Source of the DNA: Armatimonadota bacterium
GTDB taxonomy: Bacteria; Sysuimicrobiota; Sysuimicrobiia; Sysuimicrobiales; Sysuimicrobiaceae
Direction of reading: 5' to 3'
Length of the DNA stretch: 64,000 nt
NCBI GenBank assembly: GCA_025060455.1
Contig: JANXBY010000038.1
Span: forward strand, 2,292-66,291
Shown: positions 36,830 through 44,707 of the stretch, in pieces
Layout: each line of letters opens with the position of its first letter
How positions within the stretch are numbered: the first letter of the stretch is position 1
Translations under genes and position numbers: made by a program
Notes under the pieces: generated by a model
What the model was told of the DNA's origin: nothing
Seen by the model: the letters and a program-made list of their open reading frames with translations, nothing else
Databases searched by the model: none

Positions 36830-38226
36830 CAGCGGCGTGTCACCGCCGCCCGGTACTGGCGTGCGGCCTCCGAGAAGGGAACGGGCGCCACGGAGGCGCG
36901 GATCTCCACCTGCACGTGGGGCTCCACGCTGGGCTTGCGCGACCCGCCGCCCTCCTCGCCCCAGACCACCACCACCCGCGTCCCGGGGGTGCTGTAGGGT
37001 TCCTCCACGACGGCCAACGACAGCATGGCGTGGTCGTTCCAGCTGTAGCCCGGCCACATGGAGAACCCGACCACTTCACCACGGTCGTTGAGCACCTTGT
37101 CGTACATCCAGGTGGCGTACTGGGACACCGGGAGGTCGATGTACTTGGCCTGCTGGCCGGACGGCTTGGTGAACAACGTCCCGAAGGCCTGGGCCACGTC
37201 GTCCCCGTCCCACACCAGGGTCACCCTCCTGCGGTGGGGACCCTTGGCCTTGGCCTCCAGGGCGTCGCGGCCCACGAAGTCGTGGTCAAACTTCAGGATG
37301 TGGCCGTACCCCAGCTCCCACGGGGTGAGGTAGTAGTCCTCCACGTTGCGGGAGAAGAAGCTCCCGCCCAGGGAGCCCACCGCTTCGTAGCTGTTCGCGG
37401 GTAGCCACTGGCGGTACGGCCGCAGCTCCTCGCCGGTGTAGATGGCGGGGAGGGGGCAGGGGATCCACCCGGAGTCCAGGGCGTTGGTGGCGTATGCCCG
37501 GGAGCCAACCTGCCGCAGCCCGAACTCCTGGCCCGCCTCGACGATGGCCGCCTTCACCGCGGGCCCATCCTCGAAGGGCCCGAACAGCTCGGCCCCCGCC
37601 ACGCCTGCCATGCCGTGGTGCAGCATGCGCACCCTCCGGCCCGCGATGGTGATCCAGCCCATGTGGAAGAACTTCACATCTGGCAGCGGGCCGCCGTTGA
37701 GCTTCTCCAGCAGGGCGGGAGCGTTGGGGCCCTGCAACTGGTAGCGGTACACCTTCCGGGGCCGGTGGGGGTCCAGCACCGACCACTCGTCCCGCTCCAG
37801 CTGCACGTCGTAGCCGCCGGTCTGGGCGTGGTACTGGACCCAGTTGTGGGCAGAGGGCCGGCCCACCAACTGAAAGCTCTCGCGGTCCAGGTAGAACAGG
37901 ATGCCGTCCCCGATCACGTAGCCCGCGGGAGTGCACACCACCAGCTGCTTGGCCCGGCCGGGCTCGAAGTTCTTGAAGCTGTTGATGGCCAGACGCTCCA
38001 GCAGCCGGAAGGCGTCGGGGCCCCGCACGTACAGGTCCGTCATGTGGTAGGAGAGGTCGTAGAGGGCCACCGTCTCCCGCCAGGACCGCTGCTCGTCCCG
38101 CCAGTTGGTGAACTCCGGGGGCACCACGGGGTAGATCCGGGTGCCCGTGCGGTTGTTGTACAGGAACTCGGCGATGTTGGGCACCGAGTCCAAGACCTCC
38201 TGAAGGTTGCGCGGCGCGGCGCTCAC
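36829..38226 (-). CDS. Tetrahydrofolate-dependent aromatic O-demethylase (LigM/DesA-like), copy 2
   Basis: 465 aa, collinear with copy 1 and with LigM. High GC, native-like composition. Confidence 0.85.
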   Translation of the reverse strand: MSAAPRNLQEVLDSVPNIAEFLYNNRTGTRIYPVVPPEFTNWRDEQRSWRETVALYDLSYHMTDLYVRGPDAFRLLERLAINSFKNFEPGRAKQLVVCTPAGYVIGDGILFYLDRESFQLVGRPSAHNWVQYHAQTGGYDVQLERDEWSVLDPHRPRKVYRYQLQGPNAPALLEKLNGGPLPDVKFFHMGWITIAGRRVRMLHHGMAGVAGAELFGPFEDGPAVKAAIVEAGQEFGLRQVGSRAYATNALDSGWIPCPLPAIYTGEELRPYRQWLPANSYEAVGSLGGSFFSRNVEDYYLTPWELGYGHILKFDHDFVGRDALEAKAKGPHRRRVTLVWDGDDVAQAFGTLFTKPSGQQAKYIDLPVSQYATWMYDKVLNDRGEVVGFSMWPGYSWNDHAMLSLAVVEEPYSTPGTRVVVVWGEEGGGSRKPSVEPHVQVEIRASVAPVPFSEAARQYRAAVTRR

Positions 38227-38256
38227 CGTCCTCCCCCCTTTCGGTGTGTTCGCCCC

Positions 38257-39267
38257 TTAACGCTTCGCCTCCGCACGGCCGGCAGCCACTTCCACGGGCG
38301 GTGTGCCGTACGTGTGGAAGGTGGCCACCGTGGGCAGGCCCCATGCCTGCCCCTTCTTGCGCTCCGCCTCGCTCCAGACCACCGGCTTCCAGTCCGGAGC
38401 CAGCAGCAGGCGGGCCCCGGGGCAGGCGATCTCGAACCGGTTCCCCCCAGGCTCGTACACGTACAGGAAGAAGGTCTGCTGGATCGCGTGCTTGTGCGGC
38501 CCGGTCTCGATGGGGACCCCATACTCCAGGCAGACGTCCGCGGCCCGCAGCACCTCCTCCCGGCTGTCCACCGCGTAGGTGAGGTGGTGGAAGCGACCGC
38601 GGCAGCCGGTGGCGTCCTCGGTGATGGCCAGGTCGTAGGTCTTGTTGCACACCGTCAGCCACGCGCCCTTCTCCGAGCCGTCGTCGAACACGACGGCTTC
38701 CGTGAGACGGAACCCCAGCACCTCCTGGAAGAACCGACGGCTGGTCCGGACGTCCGCGGCGAAAAAGTTCACGTGGTCCAGGCGGCGCAGGTTGCAGCCG
38801 CGGGCGGGAAATCGGGAGGCCTGGTTCTTGAGGGCAGGCCGGGTGTCGGGGGTCGGCCGGTACCACTCCACCTCGTACAGCAGCTCCAGCAGGTGGCCGT
38901 CGGGGTCCCGGAAGCGGTAGGCGGGACCGTGGCCCAGGTCGCCGTCTACCCAGCCTTCCCCGAGCCCCGACCGCTCCACCGCCTCCACGCGCCGCTGTAG
39001 GGCTTCGGGGCTGGTGGCCCGGAAGGCGCAGTGGCCCATGCCCGGGTACGGGGAGGCGGTGACCTTGAGGGTGTGGTGGGCGTAGTCGTCCCACCCTCGC
39101 AGGTACACGGACTCGCCCTGCCGGCCGCTCTGCACCAACCCCATGACCTCCGTGAAGAAGCGGACCGTGTCCTCGAGTTTGGGGGTGAGCAACTCCACGT
39201 GGCTGAGGTGGGCCACATCGAAGCTTAGGGGTCCCACGCTGAACTTCAGTTCCTCCACACCGACCAC
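38257..39267 (-). CDS. Type I extradiol ring-cleavage dioxygenase (catechol 2,3-dioxygenase-like), copy 2
   Basis: 336 aa, paralog of 12738-13718 (FSVGPLSFDVAHLSHVELLTP...HHLTYAV...YVYEPGGNRFE). Confidence 0.9.
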   Translation of the reverse strand: MVGVEELKFSVGPLSFDVAHLSHVELLTPKLEDTVRFFTEVMGLVQSGRQGESVYLRGWDDYAHHTLKVTASPYPGMGHCAFRATSPEALQRRVEAVERSGLGEGWVDGDLGHGPAYRFRDPDGHLLELLYEVEWYRPTPDTRPALKNQASRFPARGCNLRRLDHVNFFAADVRTSRRFFQEVLGFRLTEAVVFDDGSEKGAWLTVCNKTYDLAITEDATGCRGRFHHLTYAVDSREEVLRAADVCLEYGVPIETGPHKHAIQQTFFLYVYEPGGNRFEIACPGARLLLAPDWKPVVWSEAERKKGQAWGLPTVATFHTYGTPPVEVAAGRAEAKR

Positions 39268-39280
39268 CCCCCGGTGGTTG

Positions 39281-39904
39281 CTAGCCGCCTGCCACCTGCC
39301 TGCGCAGCCCGTGCAGGTCGTAGGTGAGGGCTCCCTGTTCCAGCTGGGCCCGTAGCGCCGCCTCCCGCGCCGCCCTGGCCCGGGCGGCCTCCAGCACGTC
39401 GGGAACCCGCTCCGCGGCTACCACCACGGCACCGTCCGCGTCCAGCACCACCACGTCCCCCGGACGGACTGTGGTGCCGCCCACCACCACCGGTTTGTCG
39501 ATGGCGCCCCACACGGACTTGCCCGCGCCGCGCACGCTCACGAACCGGGCCCAGACGGGGAGGCCCAGGGCCCGCAGTTCCTCCACGTCCCGGACGGCTC
39601 CGTCCACCAGGACCGCCGCCGCGCCCCTCACCTTGGCCTGCAGGGCGAGGATCTCACCCACCAGGGCCACCGGTGCCGGCTCGGGCATGGAAACCACCAG
39701 CACGTCCCCGGGCTGCACCCGCTCCATAACCGCGTGCACCATGAGGTTGTCGTCCTGACCGCACCGCACCGTCCGGGCAGGCCCTGCGGCGCGGCTGCCG
39801 GGCACCACCTGGACCCAGGGGCCTTCCAGCAGGCCCGTGCGGCCCGCGGCCTCGTACACCGTGGCCACGCCCAACTGCGCCAGCTCCCTCATCTGCGTGT
39901 TCAC
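39281..39904 (-). CDS. RraA-family aldolase/decarboxylase (LigK/GalC-like)
   Basis: 207 aa RraA fold (GDVLVVSMPEP...VLVDGAVRDVEEL). The family includes LigK of the protocatechuate 4,5-cleavage pathway (4-carboxy-4-hydroxy-2-oxoadipate aldolase). Confidence 0.8.
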   Translation of the reverse strand: MNTQMRELAQLGVATVYEAAGRTGLLEGPWVQVVPGSRAAGPARTVRCGQDDNLMVHAVMERVQPGDVLVVSMPEPAPVALVGEILALQAKVRGAAAVLVDGAVRDVEELRALGLPVWARFVSVRGAGKSVWGAIDKPVVVGGTTVRPGDVVVLDADGAVVVAAERVPDVLEAARARAAREAALRAQLEQGALTYDLHGLRRQVAGG

Positions 39905-40638
39905 AACTCCCTCACCACCTGGGGCAGGAGGCGTTGGAACGCCTCCGCGTACTGGATGCCTCGGTCACCTGACAGGCGGCGCGCGTGGTTGGCCCGCCGC
40001 TGCGCCGTAGCGGTGTAGTAGTCCACCAGGTACCGCTGGGAGGCCACCGCCTCCATGGCCTGCCGCTTGAGGGCGAACACGGGCGTGATGTCCAAGAAAG
40101 TGGTGGGGACGAACCCGCACACCTCCGACTGGTGTGGCTCGAACGCGAGCACCTCCGCCGGCCGCACCGTCTGGAAGGCGCTGGCCACGCCCGCACCGGA
40201 GGCCAGCTGTCGGGCCCGTTCGGTGGCCTGGTACGCCACCGGATGGTCGGGGTTGAAGGGATCGCGCTCCGTGTGCGTGAGGATCACGTCCGGGGCCCAC
40301 TCCCGAATGACGGAGGCCAGCTCCTCTACCCGCTCCGTGCCTGCCTCCAGGGGGTAGTCACCCCAGTCCAGGCAGCGGAAGGAGGCGCCGAGCACCTCCG
40401 CGGCGCGGCTGGCTTCCTCGTGGCGGATGGCTTTGACGCGCTCCACCGTCTGGCCAGGCTGTGCCCACAGTTCCCCCGACTCCCCACGCTCGCCGTACGA
40501 CAGCGCCACCACCAGGGCGGATCCCCCGCGCCGGGTGACGGTGGCAATGGCGCCCGCCGCACGCCACACGAAGTCCGCCGCGTGGGCGCTCACCACCAGC
40601 AGCCGCCGGGCCACGCGGGCGTCCAGCTGGGCCGTCAC
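39901..40638 (-). CDS. PIG-L/LmbE-family deacetylase-like protein
   Basis: About 245 aa from GTG 40638 (VTAQLDARVARRLLVVSAHAADFVW...). HxDD-like N-terminal motif of LmbE-like hydrolases. 4-nt overlaps at both ends. The longer ORF to 40953 overlaps the GntR gene. Confidence 0.7.
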   Translation of the reverse strand: MTAQLDARVARRLLVVSAHAADFVWRAAGAIATVTRRGGSALVVALSYGERGESGELWAQPGQTVERVKAIRHEEASRAAEVLGASFRCLDWGDYPLEAGTERVEELASVIREWAPDVILTHTERDPFNPDHPVAYQATERARQLASGAGVASAFQTVRPAEVLAFEPHQSEVCGFVPTTFLDITPVFALKRQAMEAVASQRYLVDYYTATAQRRANHARRLSGDRGIQYAEAFQRLLPQVVREL

Positions 40639-41318
40639 GGGATCGCCACCTCCGAGGTCTGCCGGGCCACCTCCCGCAGGGTGGCCGCCACCGCCTCCAG
40701 GTGCGCCCGCATGCTCGCCTCCGCGGCGTCGGGATCCTTCGCGGCCACCGCGTCCACGATGGCCCGGTGCTCCTGAAGGGACCGGGGCAGGCGGCCCGGG
40801 GCCAGCACGGTGCGGTACTGGTACCGAACCATCTGGGCCCGCAAGGAGTCGAGGAGGCGTGCGGCGGTCAGGTGGCGACTGGCTGTTACCAGCACCTCGT
40901 GGAACCGGCGGTTGCACTCCGTGTACCGAAAGGTGTCGCCCTTGCGGGCGCACGCCGCCATCTCGCGAAGGATGGATCGCAGCTGGCGGAGGTCCTGCGG
41001 TGTGGCCCGCTGGGCCGCGTGCCGCGCCGCGAGCCCCTCCAGGGCAGCCCGGGCCTCCAGGATCTCCACCGCCTCCTGCTCCGTCAGCAAGCGGACCCGC
41101 GCGCCCCGGTTGGGAGCGCGTTCCACCACGCCTTCCTGCTCCAGCCGGGCCAGAGCGGTCCGCACCGCAGCCCGTCCCACGCCCAGCATGCGGACCAGCT
41201 CGGCTTCCACCAGCCGTTGCCCGGGAACCAGGCGGCCCTCCAGGACCGCCCGGCGCAGCTCCTGGTAGCAGTAGGACTCGCCGTGGCCGCGCTGCAGCCG
41301 CCGCCCCTTGGCCCTCAA
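40635..41318 (-). CDS. GntR-family transcriptional regulator (FadR/FCD subfamily)
   Basis: About 227 aa. Winged HTH (YQELRRAVLEGRLVPGQRLVEAELVRMLGVGRAAVRTALARLEQEG) plus FCD domain. Only plausible start is a TTG overlapping the upstream stop (TTGA). Confidence 0.75.
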   Translation of the reverse strand: MRAKGRRLQRGHGESYCYQELRRAVLEGRLVPGQRLVEAELVRMLGVGRAAVRTALARLEQEGVVERAPNRGARVRLLTEQEAVEILEARAALEGLAARHAAQRATPQDLRQLRSILREMAACARKGDTFRYTECNRRFHEVLVTASRHLTAARLLDSLRAQMVRYQYRTVLAPGRLPRSLQEHRAIVDAVAAKDPDAAEASMRAHLEAVAATLREVARQTSEVAIP

Positions 41319-42238
41319 CCGTCCACCCCCGATCGGCCGATCCGCACCGAGTTGCGCAACATGGTCCTGACCGCCTCCTCCGACAACCCCAAGCTCAGGA
41401 GCCGGTCCACCATCAGGGGCAGGCCGTCCTCCACAGGGGGTGCGTGCACCTGACCCAGGTCGCTGGACAGGAAAGAGTGCTGGGCACCTACCTCCTGCAC
41501 CACCTCCACCAGCTCTTCCCAGGAGATTTTCCCGCTGTGGGCGGTGCCAAAGCACCGCTCCAGCCACGCGCCCTCCCGTGCCAGCTGCCTCTGGTCGTGG
41601 ACGCCCAGGCGCTGGGTGGGGAAGTCCGGGTGCGTCACCACGATGCACCGGACTCCCGCGGACCGGGCGGCTTCCACTACAGCGAAGATCTCGTCCCGGG
41701 ACAGATGGCCGGTGGCCAGGACCATTTGGTGACGCGCCACCACCCGCAGCACGTCCCGCAACTCGGGCAAAGGCTCCCCACGACTGTCCACCACCCGGAC
41801 CGGGTCATACCGCAGACCTGCCCGACGCAACTCCTCCTGCATCTGGGCCCACACCGGCCGCCGGCCCTCGGTGGGGTGTCGCCCGGGGCTTTCGTTCTCC
41901 GCGTCCACGGTGGGTAGCCACACGATGCGCGCTCCCTCCCGCGCGGCGATCTCCACCGCCACGGGGTTCAGCCCGCCCACAGATGCGTTGAGGCAGATGG
42001 AGCCCAGCACGTCCACCTCCGGGACGACAGTCCGGGCCAGCCGGGCACGGCCCGCGGTGGGCGTGTAGTGGGACTTGATGGCAAACCCCGCCAGGCCCCG
42101 CTCCGCGAACCGCCGGGCCACCTCCAGGTCGTCCGCCCGGCGCGGGAGGACGTCGGGCGCGCTGTGCACGTGGAGGTCGTACGCGCCGCGCACCAGCGCC
42201 AGCGCCCGGGGACTGGGCACGGATTCGTGTTGGTTCAC
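41315..42238 (-). CDS. Metal-dependent hydrolase, amidohydrolase/TIM-barrel-like (DLHVHS motif)
   Basis: About 307 aa from GTG 42238. YDLHVHSAPD metal-binding motif and a KSHY motif. The N-terminal 227 aa of the track ORF are an antisense artefact. Confidence 0.65.
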   Translation of the reverse strand: MNQHESVPSPRALALVRGAYDLHVHSAPDVLPRRADDLEVARRFAERGLAGFAIKSHYTPTAGRARLARTVVPEVDVLGSICLNASVGGLNPVAVEIAAREGARIVWLPTVDAENESPGRHPTEGRRPVWAQMQEELRRAGLRYDPVRVVDSRGEPLPELRDVLRVVARHQMVLATGHLSRDEIFAVVEAARSAGVRCIVVTHPDFPTQRLGVHDQRQLAREGAWLERCFGTAHSGKISWEELVEVVQEVGAQHSFLSSDLGQVHAPPVEDGLPLMVDRLLSLGLSEEAVRTMLRNSVRIGRSGVDG

Positions 42239-43017
42239 GGGCCCCCCGCCAGATCCTCCAGCCACTTCGCCGACGCCCGGGCCACCCGCGGCGGCACCTT
42301 CAGCTCCTCGAGCAGCTCGCAGGCAGCCCGCATCTCGTCCACCCGTCGGGCCGCGTGGAGTCGGGTGCCCTCGACCAGGCGCCGCAGCAGCTGTGCGTCG
42401 GCCTCCAACAGGGTCCGTTGGATGTCCTCGTAGGTCTCCTCCTCGCAGCCTAGGGCGTGCGCCGCCGCCAGGGCTTCCCACACCGCGGCGGCCAGTCCCT
42501 TCATGAAAACGCTGCGAACCAGCTTCCGGCTGGCCGCAACTCCCACCTCCGGCCCCAGCACCTGCACCGGCAGCCCCAACGGTCCGAGCCGATTCGCCAG
42601 CGCCTGGGCCCCGGGCCCGCTGGCCAGCGCGGGCGTGCGGAGGCCACGGCCCAGCACGGGTGCCATCAACGCCACGTCCGCAAACAGGGCCCCGCTGGGC
42701 TCCACCACCGCACCGACCCGGCGCTTGAGGGCGGGAGAGGTGGTGTTGCAGTCCGCGTACACCTGGCCGGGCCGAAGCACCGGGCGTACAGACTCGGCGA
42801 CGTCTAGGGCGGCAGACGGGGTGGTCAGGACGAGGATCACATCCGCCTGCGCCGCTGCACCGGCGGGGTGCGGCGCCAGGGGTACCGCGCCGGGCACCCG
42901 TTTGGGCTGCGGATCCCACCCCACCACCTGCGCGCCTACCCGGGCCAGGTCCTCCGCCACGGCGCTGCCGGCTTCTCCCAGGCCGAACACCGCCACCGTG
43001 AGGGAGGGCGCGGACAC
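42235..43017 (-). CDS. NAD(P)-binding oxidoreductase (6-phosphogluconate/3-hydroxyisobutyrate dehydrogenase-like)
   Basis: About 260 aa from GTG 43017. Rossmann motif VAVFGLGEAGSAVAEDL. First gene behind the promoter at 43036-43064. Confidence 0.65.
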   Translation of the reverse strand: MSAPSLTVAVFGLGEAGSAVAEDLARVGAQVVGWDPQPKRVPGAVPLAPHPAGAAAQADVILVLTTPSAALDVAESVRPVLRPGQVYADCNTTSPALKRRVGAVVEPSGALFADVALMAPVLGRGLRTPALASGPGAQALANRLGPLGLPVQVLGPEVGVAASRKLVRSVFMKGLAAAVWEALAAAHALGCEEETYEDIQRTLLEADAQLLRRLVEGTRLHAARRVDEMRAACELLEELKVPPRVARASAKWLEDLAGGP

Positions 43018-43035
43018 CCGTGGCTGCACGGCGGC

Positions 43036-43064
43036 ATTGTATTTCCCGGCGCCCGCACTGTCAA
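43036..43064 (-). promoter_or_regulatory. Consensus sigma-70 promoter: TTGACA, 17 nt, TACAAT (minus strand)
   Basis: Read directly: the reverse complement of 43036-43064 is TTGACAgtgcgggcgccgggaaaTACAAT. It sits 19 nt upstream of the oxidoreductase GTG and 58 nt downstream of the tRNA-Pro 3' end. Confidence 0.7.
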
Positions 43065-43122
43065 CTTTGTTGTAGACAATCTTGCAGTGGAGACCACGGG
43101 ACAACGGGTGAACACGGCTTTT

Positions 43123-43199
43123 TGGTCGGGCCGGGCGGATTTGAACCGCCGACCTCCTGAACCCCATTCAGGTGCGCTCCCAGGCTGCGCTACGGCCCG
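43123..43199 (-). tRNA. tRNA-Pro (anticodon GGG)
   Basis: 77-nt cloverleaf read on the minus strand: CGGGCCG acceptor stem, GCGC D-stem, anticodon loop AUGGGGU (U33, GGG, G37), GGCGG/CCGCC T-stem with UUCAAAU loop, discriminator A, encoded CCA. Confidence 0.85.
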
Positions 43200-43222
43200 C
43201 GTGCGGATTATATCATGGTCCC

Positions 43223-43858
43223 GTGGGCACGTCCGGCCGGCTCACCGTGGCCTTCTTGGGGGTGCTGGTGGCCTCCGTGGCAGGCTTCACCGCGGCCGGG
43301 TGGGCGTCCCGCAGCCCGCAGGTACACGCGGCGCGGATGCTTCAGGCGCTCCGGAACGGTGACGCGGAGCAAGCCCTGCAGTGGGTAGACGTACCCGCGG
43401 TGGCCGCGTCCGTGGTGGACGTGCTGCAGGAGGAGTGGGCGGCAGCCCGGGCCGGAGACCCGGGCCGCTACGTGGCCTCGCCCCTGGCGCGGCCGCTGTT
43501 CCGCGCGGCGTTCGGCCTGGCGAGGGGGCAGGTGCAGCGCCGCGTGGAGGAGGAGATCCGGGCGACCCTGCGGCGGATCGCGGCGGGTGGACCGGACTCA
43601 CCGGTCCGCCTACCCCGGTGGGGAGGGCTGCCCGTGAGCGTGGCCGCGGTGCTGTGGTTCGCGGACTTCCAGTGGGTCGCCCAGGACCGGGTGCGGGTGT
43701 CTGCAGGGCCCCAGGACAGGCCCTGGGTCCGGGTGGAGATGGCCTGGCGCCAGGGGCGTTGGGTGGTGGTGGCCGCAGACCGCGACTGGGTGGCTTCCCT
43801 GGTAAGACCCCGCCTGGTGAATCCCGAGGCTCAACAGCCCGCCCCGACCGACCGGTGA
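43223..43858 (+). CDS. Hypothetical membrane-anchored protein
   Basis: About 211 aa from GTG 43223 with an N-terminal transmembrane helix (LTVAFLGVLVASVAGFTAAGWA). The 43172 ORF start overlaps the tRNA gene and is rejected. Confidence 0.5.
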   Translation: MGTSGRLTVAFLGVLVASVAGFTAAGWASRSPQVHAARMLQALRNGDAEQALQWVDVPAVAASVVDVLQEEWAAARAGDPGRYVASPLARPLFRAAFGLARGQVQRRVEEEIRATLRRIAAGGPDSPVRLPRWGGLPVSVAAVLWFADFQWVAQDRVRVSAGPQDRPWVRVEMAWRQGRWVVVAADRDWVASLVRPRLVNPEAQQPAPTDR

Positions 43859-43903
43859 AGCCTGCGGAGGCCAGGATCCCGGAGGCCTCCCGTGGACGGC
43901 TCC

Positions 43904-44515
43904 CTACAGCCTGCGGACCAAGCCCACCGCCTTGCCCTCGATCACCACCTCGCGGGTGTAGATGGGCTCCATGGCTGGGTTTTCCGGCTGCAGCCGGATG
44001 CGATCCCCTTCCCGGTAGAAGCGCTTGACTGTGGCCTCGTCGCCGATGCGGGCCACCACGATGTCGCCGTCCTGGGCGTGGGACTGGCGGCGCACCACGA
44101 GATAGTCCCCGTCGTAGATCCCCGCACCCACCATGGAGTCCCCGCGGACCCGGAGCATGAAGCACTCTCCGCTCCCCACGAAGTCCTCGGGCAGGGTGAA
44201 GGAGTCTTCGATGTTCTGCTCTGCCAGGATGGGAGCACCCGCGGTGACCCGCCCCACCACCGGCAGCGACACCACGCGCTTGTGGGGCAGGCTTGTGGGG
44301 TCCTTGAGGACCTCGATGGCGCGGGGCTTGCTGGGATCCCGCCGCAGGTATCCTTTCTTCTCCAGGGCGCTGAGGTGGCTGTGCACGGTGGAGCTGCTGG
44401 TGAGGTGGAGGGCGTTTCCGATGTCCCGCACGGAGGGCGGGTAGCCCCGCCGGCGGGTGTACTCAATCACGTAGTCCAGAATCTGGCGCTGCCGCCGTGT
44501 GAGCCCTCTGCTCAT
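43904..44515 (-). CDS. lexA: LexA repressor
   Basis: 203 aa. N-terminal winged HTH ([15 protein letters not shown]) and a C-terminal S24 peptidase domain with AG cleavage site and Ser/Lys dyad context (GDSM, VKRF). The long antisense ORF 43904-45871 is rejected. Confidence 0.95.
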   Translation of the reverse strand: MSRGLTRRQRQILDYVIEYTRRRGYPPSVRDIGNALHLTSSSTVHSHLSALEKKGYLRRDPSKPRAIEVLKDPTSLPHKRVVSLPVVGRVTAGAPILAEQNIEDSFTLPEDFVGSGECFMLRVRGDSMVGAGIYDGDYLVVRRQSHAQDGDIVVARIGDEATVKRFYREGDRIRLQPENPAMEPIYTREVVIEGKAVGLVRRL

Positions 44516-44573
44516 GGTCGTCCCCCTTTGCGCTGAGCGTGACCGTATCTTACCACACAGGTTTTCGATAGGC

Positions 44574-44585
44574 AAACGTCTGTTC
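44574..44585. promoter_or_regulatory. Candidate Cheo-type LexA box (AAACGTCTGTTC, one mismatch to GAAC-N4-GTTC)
   Basis: Read directly, about 58 nt upstream of the lexA ATG in the lexA/rny divergent region. Confidence 0.3.
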
Positions 44586-44707
44586 ATGCTGTCCTTGACC
44601 CCCGGGGTGCGGGGGCCGTAGACTAAAGCCCGAAGGCGAAGACGCACCGCCCACAGGGGAGGTGACGGAACACGAACGCCACCGAGTTCGCCGCGCTGCT
44701 GGGCGCG

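Noticed and set aside
37286-39094. 602-aa antisense ORF over ligM copy 2 and the dioxygenase; similar ORFs 43904-45871 (-), 50195-52625 (-), 60624-63779 (+)
   Set aside because: They overlap multiple well-supported genes in other frames. No domain-like sequence.
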